A stretch of DNA of 44,027 nt from Paramoeba atlantica (taxonomy: Eukaryota > Protista > Discosea): the NCBI GenBank assembly GCA_977017575.1, contig CDRNVI010000175.1, positions 1 through 44,027 on the forward strand. The letters are read 5' to 3'. Shown one piece after another: positions 13,162-22,800 of the stretch. The notes under the pieces are model-generated. The model saw only the letters and a program-made list of their open reading frames with translations, was not told the DNA's origin and ran no database searches. The translations under genes were made by a program, and so were the position numbers. Numbering within the stretch: position 1 is the stretch's first letter; each line of letters begins with the position of its first letter.

Positions 13162-14349
13162 TTTGTTTTCACGTCCCACCCAACAACAAAAAAAGGAAAC
13201 AACTTTTGAAAAGAGAAGAACAAAAACACAAGTAAAATAGATGAAAGGTCTCTGAGTGAAACAATAAATAATCAATAACCACAACACACACAAACAAAAA
13301 GAGAACAAAATGATAAAACACACACACATAAAAACAAGAAAAAAGAAGATTACAAAATCAAAATCAAAATCAAAACCTTTTTCTCAAAGTTTCCAAAAAA
13401 AAAAAAGAGGATACAAAAAAAAAACAAGAAGTAGAAGAGGGAGAAGAAGAAAACGAAAATGTCCAGAGACTCCTCCTAAATCACAATCCGCAACACCCCC
13501 ACACAGCAACAACAACAAAGAAAGCCTGAATAATTCACAAAAGAGAGAGAGAAAAACCTTGTCAACAAAAGATCCAAAAAAGAGAAAGAGAGAAAGAGAG
13601 AAAGAGAGAAAAGGAGAAGAGAGGAAAACACAAAAATGAAAAATGGCAAGAGGAGAGAAGAGGAGAGACAAAAAAATGGAGAAAAAAGAAGACTCTGAAA
13701 GAAATCAAAACTGTGAGGCAAATCAGAACCAAAATGAAATGTCCAAATGAAATACAAGAGAAGAGAGAGAGAGGAGCGCAAAACAAAATCTCAGCAAAGA
13801 AGAGAAACAACAGAAAGATGGGAAGGAGAGAAGAAACAAAAATAAAAGAGGTTGTTGTCCAAAAAGAGGTCCAACAAAAACTCAAAAAGAGATTCAACGA
13901 GAACTGAAATCAAGAGAGAGACAGAAAAAAACAGAAAGAAAGAAAGAACAAGAGAGAAAAAAAGAGAAAAAAAAGGAAGGGTACGAAAAGAGGATTCAAA
14001 ACTTTTTCGACATCTGAAAAAAAATGTCACCAAAAACTTTCTTTTTTCACTTCAACAACAGATTTTTGAAGTGAAAAAAGAAAGAGAGAAAGAAATTTGA
14101 ATTGAAAAGAGGAAAAAAATCAATTTTTTGTATTTTTTCTTGTATTGCCAGATTGGGTGGCACGACTGACAATCATTCGTCTCATAAGAACCATCATGTG
14201 ACACCATACCAAGGTCGAAATCGCAAGGGGAAGTAAGTTGAAGCCAATTTGTTTTTAAAAACTATCGTGAGCTCTTCCAACACAAGACGTTCGGAAAGAG
14301 ATGGAACAGGAGATGGAACAGGAGATGGAACAGGAGACGGAGTTGGATA

Positions 14350-14859
14350 AGTAAGAGAGAGGAGGAGAGGAGAGAAAGAAGAACCATTCAGTTGGTCTGT
14401 GGAGGAAATCGAAAAAAAGGTTTGAAAGAAGGAGAATAAAATCAAAGCGAAAAAGTGTGAACAAGAAACATTTTGTGCACCAGAAAAGACTGAAAAGAAA
14501 GGAAAGGGAGGGAACGAAAGAGATAAAAATCGAATCGAAATTGAAGAAGAAGGTGATTGGAAAAGAAGAAGACCACACCACACCACACCACAACAGAGAC
14601 TAAAACTAAAAAGGGGGAAAGAGAAAAAAATTAATTTCTTTCATTTTCCTCCAAAGAAAAAGAAAAAAAAGTAAACAAAAATAAAAAAATAGAATTAAAT
14701 GAAAATCAAAAAAGAAAAAAGAAACAAAGGAGAAAAAAAATAAAACAAAGAACACACCTTCACTTCACCAACACTTCTCAAAAAAAGAAACAAAAAAAAA
14801 TAAGAAAAGAGAAAAGGAAATGAAAAAAAAATCAAACCTGTTTTTTCCTTCTCTCTTTT
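14350..14859. repeat. Third copy of the 3' spacer that follows minus-strand TRIM-NHL genes
   Basis: Matches ~2865-3382 (e.g. ttggtctgtggag.aaatcgaaaaaaaggtttgaaagaaggagaataaaatcaaagcg, tttgtgcaccagaaaagact, gaccacaccacaccacaacagagactaaaact). Confidence 0.85.
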
Positions 14860-17116
14860 TCAAAATGATTTCCATAATTCAATTGAATTTTTCTCCCAAT
14901 CTGAAACAATAATTGTTCCAAATGAATCAATAACAACCCCAATAGGTTTCTTCATGTGATGTTTACCAAATGAAAAAAGAAATGTTCCATCTTTCTCAAA
15001 CACACTCACTCTTCCATTTCCAAAATCACAAACAACAATTCTACCTTCCCCATCCACATCAACACCTTTTGGATAATCAAATTGAGAATCACCTGAACCT
15101 TTTGTTCCAAAACATCGAATAAAATTCCCTTCAATATCCATCACTTGAATTCGATGATTCAAAGTATCACAAATAACAATATTCCCATCTCTATCAACTA
15201 CAACACTGTTTGGTTGATCAAATTGACCTTCAGAAGAACCTTTTGAACCAAAAGAATGAAGAAAAGATCCATCATTATCAAATACTTGAATTCGATGATT
15301 CAAAGTATCAGCAACAATAATTCTACCTTCTTCATCCACATCCACACCACATGGGATATCAAACTGACCATCTTTAGAACCTCTTGATCCAAAAGATTTG
15401 ATCAATTCTCCTTCTTTGTTTAATATTACAACTCTATAACGACCTTGAAACCGATCAAGAACAACAATTTGGTCATTCAATCCAATTGAAACATCAAAAG
15501 GGTTCAAATGAAGTGAATCAATTGTTTTCTGAATTGTTGATTCAATCATCTCATTTCCTTCTTTATCTCTCACACTCAATCCACCCCCAAATTTACAAAT
15601 AAAAATATTCCCATCACTGTTCACACTCACTCCAAAAGGTCCGTCCTTCAAAGGAAAAGAAGAAACAACACGAAAAGAATCACCACCACCATCACAACAA
15701 ATCACTCCTTTCTTTGGTTTTGAGAATAATCCAACAACACCTCCTTCAGAAACAATATCATTTGCAGTTTGAAGAAGAGTTGAAAAAAGTTGATCATCAA
15801 AAAAGAGAGAAACATCACAATCAGTTGTTGTTGTTGTTGTTGTTGGTGTGTTGGATAAACGAATAATTGAATCTTTTCTTATTCTCAAATCTTCTTTCTC
15901 CAATTCTATTTCTTTCTTCTCAATTCTTTTCTTTTCTAATTTCTCTTCTAATTCTTTCATTTCTTTTTCAATCCTTTTTCTTTCTTCTTCAATCTCAATC
16001 AATCTTTTCTCTAATTTATCTCCAACCTTTATAACTTCATCCCTTTTCTCTAAAATACTTTCTTCAATTGATTTCACTTTCTCATTGTGTTGAACATGAG
16101 TTTCAAGAATACAACGAATACAAACAAAAGAAGAACATTGAAAACAATATCCACTGATTGTTTCAGATGGGTGTTTTGAACATTCTCTCTTCTTCAAATT
16201 CTCCAATCCCATCACTCCCACCACCCCTCCCTCCTCTTCCAATCTTCTTCTTCCACCTCCTCCCTCGACACCCTTTCTTTCAGATCGTCTGTGATTTCGA
16301 GAGAAAATAGAAGAAGAGTGAGAAGAATGATCACAAGAATCACAAATAAAGACGTTACAATCAGAACAAAACATTTGAGTTTGTTTTCCACACGTTTCGA
16401 AATTCGCACATTCTGATTCACCATCTCCTGTTGTTTTGTTTTTCAAAAAACATGTTTTTTCAACTTTGAAATAACTTTCTCTCAAAAAAAAAAAGAAAGA
16501 AAAGTGAGAGTTCAAAAAAGAAAGAAAGAAAACCTGGTTGGTGGGAGAAAGTGATCAAATTTGAAGAAAGAAGAACATCAATCGTTTCTGGAATCAAATA
16601 ATTCATCGAAAGTGTTTCAACACTTTCACATTCATTCACTTCTCCACAAACTGGACATTTCACACCTTTCAAAGAGGAAGAGGAAGAAGAGGAAGAAGGA
16701 TTTTGAAGAAGAAAGAGTTTGTTGAGACAAAGAGAACAAAAAGAAAGACCACAACAAGGTAACAACCTTGGTTCTTTTTCCCAATTCATCAATTCCAAAC
16801 ATATTCCACATTCAAATCTTTTCTTTTTCTCTTCTTCTTCCTTTCTTCTTCTTTTCATCACCACTTCTGCTCTTTCTCTTTCTCTTTCTCTTTCTTCCTC
16901 TTGTTCTCTCTTTCCAAGAACATCCTCACTTCTTCTTTCTCTTTCTTCCTTTCCTTCTCCGTCTCTTTCATCATCAACATTGTCATCTTCAATTACAACA
17001 ACATCATCTTCTTCTTCTTTCTCTTTCTTTCCTCTTTTGGTTTTTCTCTTTTTCTCACTTTCTAATTCTATTCCTTCTTCTCCTCCTCTTTTTCTCTTTC
17101 CTCTTTTTTCACTCAT
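14860..17116 (-). CDS. TRIM-NHL protein copy 5, intact, ~716 aa
   Basis: Exons 17116-16534 and 16427-14860, GT-AG intron 16533-16428; total 2151 nt, uninterrupted frame. Confidence 0.92.
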
Positions 17117-17477
17117 TTTGTCTCTGTAAGGAAAAAGAGATCAATCAACAACATAAAAAGGAAAGAAGAAAAAGTGAGAATGAACACTTTTAAAAAAATA
17201 GATGTCACAAAAAAGAAAAGAAGAAAAACAAACATTCTCCTCTCTCAGAAGACAACAAACACCCAAAAACACAACTTTCCAAAAGAGAAGGGACAAAACA
17301 AACTCTCTCCTCTCTCAGAGCACAAAAAGAAGAGAGAGAAAGAAGCGAACCAAGAGGGAAAACAAAACAGCTTCAACAAAAAAAAGTGAGAAAGAGAAAA
17401 AAAGCAAACAAAAAGAAGAGAGAAAGGCGAAACCAAAAGGAGAAGGAAAACAGAAGAAAAAAAGAGCAAACAAAAAG

Positions 17478-17482
17478 AAAAA
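17478..17482 (-). terminator. RNA polymerase III T-run terminator of tRNA-Asp
   Basis: TTTTT on the minus strand 4 nt downstream of the tRNA 3' end. Confidence 0.6.
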
Positions 17483-17486
17483 TATC

Positions 17487-17558
17487 CTCCCCGACCGGGA
17501 ATCGAACCCGGGACTCCCGCGTGACAGGCGGGGATTTTGCCAACTATACTATCGGGGA
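17487..17558 (-). tRNA. tRNA-Asp (anticodon GTC)
   Basis: TCCCCGA-TA-GTAT-AGTTGGCA-AAAT-C-CCCGC-CTGTCAC-GCGGG-AGTC-CCGGG-TTCGATT-CCCGG-TCGGGGA-G. Perfect acceptor, anticodon and T stems; discriminator G; one A-A mismatch in the D stem. Confidence 0.95.
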
Positions 17559-17669
17559 TTTGATGAAAAAATGGAAAATCTTAGTTGTTTTCTTAATTTC
17601 CGAAAAAAAATTCCGTTTTTTTTGTTTTTCTTTCTCTTTCTTTCTTGCTTTCTTTTTTGTGTTTTTGGG

Positions 17670-19486
17670 ATGGATCAGAGACATAAAGATTTACTTGCTG
17701 AGGGATTGGAGTTTGATGAGATTGATGGGGATGTTGAAGGGGAAGATCAAGATAATCTTTTGTTACAAATGTATACTGGGAAGTGGGATTTGGGAGATGA
17801 AGGAGAGGGGAAAGAAGGAGGAGGGGGAAAAGAAGAAAGAGAAAAAGAAAAAGAGAGAAAAGAACAAGAGAAAGAAAAAGAAAAAGAAGAAGAGAAGGGG
17901 AGAAAGAAAGGAGAGGAGGAGAAAAGAGCAAAAAGTTCATCTGGGAGACTTGGAGCCAGACGATATTGGGAAGAAGAAGATCAAGCTCTTGTTTGTTTCA
18001 ATTGTAATCAAACGGGTCATATTCGAATCCACTGTCCAAATGAAAGAGTCGCGGTTTTTTCCTTTTTCATTCTCTCTTTTATTCTTTCATATTAATATTT
18101 AAAAGAAAAACATTTTTCTGTTGACAAAAAACGAAGAGAGAAAGAGAGAGAAGAGAGCGGGGAACGGCGAAAAGTGAGAAAAAAGAGATCCAGAAAGTGA
18201 GATTGGAAAAAGAAAGAAAGAAATCTGAAAAAAAGATCGATATTTTTTTTCTTTGATAGAGACCAAAGGATTGTTTTCTTTGTGGAGAAATTGGACACAT
18301 TGCTCGAGATTGTCGTCAAAATCTCAGTTCTTCTCTCTTCATCTTCTCTCTCTCTCTTCATCTCCTCTCTTCATCTTCTCTTTCTCCTCTCTTTTTCCCT
18401 TTTTCTCCTCTTTTTCTCTCTTTTATTCACTTGATCTTTTCTAACTTTTGTTTTTGTTTAGTTTGTCATCGTTGTAATGAGAAAGGGCATTTTGCCAGAG
18501 AATGTACCTCTGATCTTTCATTCAAAGAGAGAGGGAGAAGAGAGATGGGTTCTGAAAGGAGAGGGGAAAGAAGGAGTGAAAGAGAGGAGTGGGAGAGAGA
18601 ATTGAGTCGAAGAGAAGAAGAATGGGAAAGAGAAGGAAGGGGATGGAGAAGTGAAGAGAGGAGAGAGATGGAGAAGTGAAGAGAGGAGAGACGAAGATTG
18701 GAGAAGAGAAGAGACGAGAAGAGACGAGAGGAGAAGAGACGAGAGGAGGGAAAGAGGAGAAAGAGGGAGAGAGGAAAGAAGAGAATGGAAAGGAAGAAGA
18801 GAAGAGATTTGCTCTGATCCACCTACTTATGCTCAGGTAGGAATGAAAGAAGACAAACAAAATTGTTTTTTGAACTTTTTTGATGTGAAAATCTTTCTTT
18901 CTTTTTCTTTTTCTTTAGAACCGTTATTGTTGTAATTGTGGAGATGAAGGTCACTTATTTAATGATTGTACACTCCCACGATATGACGTTTTCCAAAGAA
19001 CAGGTTTGCTGAGAAAAGAAAGAAGAGAATATTTTCTTTTAAATCCCCTTTTTTTCTTTTCTTTTTGATTCACAAAATTAATTGTTAAAAAAAGATGATT
19101 CAAAACATGGAAGAAATTTCTCAGAGGTTTATCAACAAGAAAAACAAAAACGGTTGTCTTTTTTTTTTCTTCTCTCTTTTTCTTTTTTCTTCTCTCTTTT
19201 CTTTTTTTCTTTGAATCTAAATATTTTAATAGAATCAGAGGAGAAGTCAGTCATCCAATTTCGATAAATGCTGAAACGATCCGTGATTATGGCAGAGAAA
19301 GGAGAAGAAATGAAAGAAAAGATATGAAGAATGGTTTGACTTTTTTTTGATTTTTTTTATCTCATAATCATAGCAAAGAAATTTTTTTCCTCTTTTAGTT
19401 TCTCTCTTTAACATTTTCCTTTTTTTTTGATAGAGAGTAAAAAAAGAAAAAGGGAGAATCTCTCTCGAAGTATCAGTTTTGGATAA
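17670..19486 (+). CDS. Multi-exon CCHC zinc-knuckle protein, Air1/Air2/ZCCHC7-like (TRAMP RNA-binding subunit)
   Basis: Acidic N-terminus, RYW motif, then knuckles CFNCNQTGHIRIHC, CFLCGEIGHIARDC, CHRCNEKGHFAREC, YCCNCGDEGHLFNDC (last resembles the Air2 terminal knuckle YCYNCG..GH..DDC). R/E-rich linker with an apparent frameshift in (GA)n near 18668. Final exon ends SISFG* at 19486. Family assignment is by eye. Confidence 0.65.
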
Positions 19487-19855
19487 ATGTTTATTCTCTT
19501 ATTTTTTTCAAAATATCACTCAATTTCCTTTTTTCACTTTTCTATTTCATTGTATTTTTTTTTCATGAGCAAAAATCGAACAATTACATCTTCTTTTTAC
19601 AAATCAAAAGGATTTTGTTGAGTGAGAAAAAAAAGAAGGGTCAAAGGAATTTCCAAATCATCATTCTTTGCTTTTTTGTTGCTGAGAGCCCCCTCATCAT
19701 GAACCACACTCTCATCTGAAGGTTGAAAATGGAACTTGAAAAAGAATTTCAAATCCTTTTTCAACCTTTTTGCCATTCAAAACATTTTATTGATTTCAAA
19801 TGAAAAGTAGTCAATTTAAAAGGGTAAGAAGAGAGAAAAAAAAGAGGGAGATGAT

Positions 19856-22800
19856 TCAATCCTCCTCGGTTCGTGGTTTTTTGGGTCCTTTCTCACCATC
19901 AATTTCATTTTCTTCTCGACGCTTCCTCTTTTTGCTCCCTTCTTCTTCTTCTTCTTCTTCTTCACAAACTTCTTCAGTTTTTCCTCGTTTGGCAGGCTTA
20001 ATGGAACCATCAACCAGAACAAATTCCTGTTGAGAGAACAGATTTTCCAACAAGAAACAAAAAAAAAAATTCAATTTTGAAATACTCACTTTCAAAAATG
20101 TTTTCATCGTGTCTGAAGTTGATTCGTCAGCAGGTGTGAACCCCTATCATTATTTGTTATATCATAGGCCGTTCAGAAAGAGGAGGGGTAATGGTAAGGG
20201 CCATTCCAAACCTGAGTTGTTTTCGCTTCAATATCCGCACCACGTTCACACAAAAATTCCACAATCTCAGGGTTTGGATTCCGGAAACAACATCCAGCTG
20301 CGAAATGGAGGCATGTTCTACCATACTGGAATGAATCATTTTCAATAATAATTCCCTTGGACGAGACGAATGACAGAAAAAAAAAACTGAATTTCTGTAA
20401 TTAATGTCAACTCCATTTTCCAAGAAAAATTCAATGATTTTCTTCGTCTCAGGTTGCATCGGGTATTCACAGAGATTCATCAGAGGTGTGAAACCCTATT
20501 CTAGTGAAATGAATCCATATTCGTGATGAGAAAACAACAAACTCCCAACTGAATGAACCCCATGAATATCAGCACCATACTCCACAAGGAGTTTGATCAC
20601 ATCTAAGGAGTGAAAGCATGTGTTACTACAACTCCGATGGAGAATTGGCATCTGTTTTCAGCTTATCAGAGTTGGAATAATAAAAGACTTGTCAAAAAGA
20701 GTTGCAATTAATCCAAAAAACACTCTACAGTTCCAGAAGGAGCAATCTCTGCTCCATTTTTTAAAAGCAATTCAACCATCTCAACGTGAGACTTTTCGCA
20801 AGCAAGTTGCAGAGGATTCTGATATCCCCAAAAACCGTTGACCGGACAATGATTGTCCAGCAAGATCCTTGCCAACACCAGATTCTTTTGTGAACAGGCA
20901 TAACAAAGAGAGGAACCACTTATCTACAAATATTGATATTTCAATTCAAAACTTGGAGAAAAAAAAAGAGAATGAACCCCTTTTGTCCGTTTGACGAGAA
21001 AAGAGATAATCTCAGGAGAATAATTCGCACATGAAAAGATCAATCGATCTTCCTTTGTCCCTCTATTTGGATAATACACCTGCTCAAGAATGAGGCAAGT
21101 CTCATCTGCCCCCTTTTCAATCAAAATCTTGACCATCTCAACATCTCCTCTTTCACAAGCAACACGCAAGGGAATTCGATCTTCTTTCTGTTTCAAAAGA
21201 AGCCCATCAAAAAAAGAAAAAAAACTGGTTTCACTTCCTCTCACCGCCACAAACCTTTCCTCTCGGCGCTTTGTTGAGATTAATTAATGGGCTTGAAAGA
21301 AGTTTTAGAGCTTTCTCACAGTCCCCAGCTGTCACAGCGTCAAACAGTTGGCGGTCTGTCATCCAAACCAAACCAAACCAAACCAACCGAAACCAACAAG
21401 AGAAACGAGAAACAGAAAATGCAACTGGTGTTAATTTTAGGGCGCTAAAATTTTCTTTGTCAAAATTTTATTTTTTAAAGATCCAAATAAATCATGTCCA
21501 GGTCATCATCAAAATCAGAATCATCAGAATAATCAGTTTCATCATCAGAGTCAGATGAGATAAAACTGGTGGAAGTGGAAGAGGAAGAGGAAGAGGAAGA
21601 GGAAGAGGAAGAATAACTTCGGACCGGTTGCAGTTGTTCCCATCCACCGAGAAGTTCTCCCACATCGGAAGAAATTTCCATTGGAAGCCAAGAACAGAGA
21701 GACGATGGGTTTGATGACCACAACATCTATTGCAAGAAAGAAAAGTTAAATTGGGGAGAGAGAAAGATGTCCTAAGTCAAATTTAAAACCAGCATCCCAA
21801 AACGAACAACATCACGGCTCAGCAACTTAGTTGCCGTCTCTGGATCAGCTCCAGCATGCAATAAAAGATCAATTGATTTAAAATAATTCTGATTCAATGC
21901 TGAGACCAAAAGAGGATCTCCGTCCTATGATTATTTTTTTTTCAATTTTTGAAAAGAATTATATTTCAGATTTTCAAATTACCTGATCACACTTCAATGG
22001 ATCTGCCCCGTATAATAAAAGAGTTGACATTAAATCCCCATTTTTATCCCATCTCAGTGGCAGACCAGTCTTCACAAGTAAATAGGAGAAAAAATGTCAA
22101 AATAAATGGAAACAAACGAATAAAGAAAAGGAGATTTGAACCCAAGCAAGATTAGGATCTGCTCCATTCTTTAACAGGGTCTCAACTGCGCTCTCATTTT
22201 TTGTGCGAATAGCAATATTCAAAGGCGTCCCTTCCTTTTCCGATATTTGAAAGAAAAATTAAACTAAACTCCTGAATTTGAAAGAAATTTAAAAAATCAA
22301 AGAGACTTGAGAAGCTAAATTGAGGTCAATCTCTTCTTTTTCAAGGATCAAAGAGACGAGAGAGAGCAAATCTTTTTCTTTGAGTGCTAAATGAAGAATT
22401 GTATTTCCAAACTGGAGTATTGAAAGAAAGATCAGCCAAATCAAAAAAAGAATGAAAAAAAAAGGAGGAAAAGAAAAAAAAACTTGGTCTGTTTTACTGG
22501 GAATTACCCCAGCATTTAATAAAACTTCTGCAACACCAAGTTGCTTATTTCTCACAGCTTCCAGCAAAATTTGACTTGGCTAAAACAAATTATCAGAAAA
22601 TTCAGCAAAAACTTAATCAAATATCTGGAAAACCTGATTCTTCTCCTCCAATGTTTCCAAAATGTCCATTTTCAATTCGCTGACAAGCCTCTCCACAATC
22701 TCTTTGTTTTTAAATTTTCCGTTTGATGAAACGAACAAAGCATGAGAACCATCTGGGAAAAAGTGATGGGGTTTCGCGCCATTTTCGAGAAAGAGCTCGA

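Larger units (their letters stand above)
1..14040. repeat. Direct segmental duplication, period ~7.5 kb (plus copy + convergent spacer + minus copy + upstream block)
   Basis: Homologous landmarks are offset by 7473-7496 bp: stops 2026/9522 and 3383/10856, ATGs 5681/13161. Spacer 2027-3060 matches 9523-10600 and upstream block ~5690-6560 matches ~13170-14030. Confidence 0.85.

Noticed and set aside
1200-15700. Diversity-generating retroelement as the source of NHL hypervariability
   Set aside because: No reverse transcriptase or separate template repeat in the window, and substitutions are not confined to adenines of any one copy.
20480-20560. In-frame TAG in the ankyrin gene suggesting readthrough or an alternative code
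   Set aside because: The TAG is the 3' splice acceptor preceding GFTPLMNLC; TAA and TGA serve as normal stops elsewhere.
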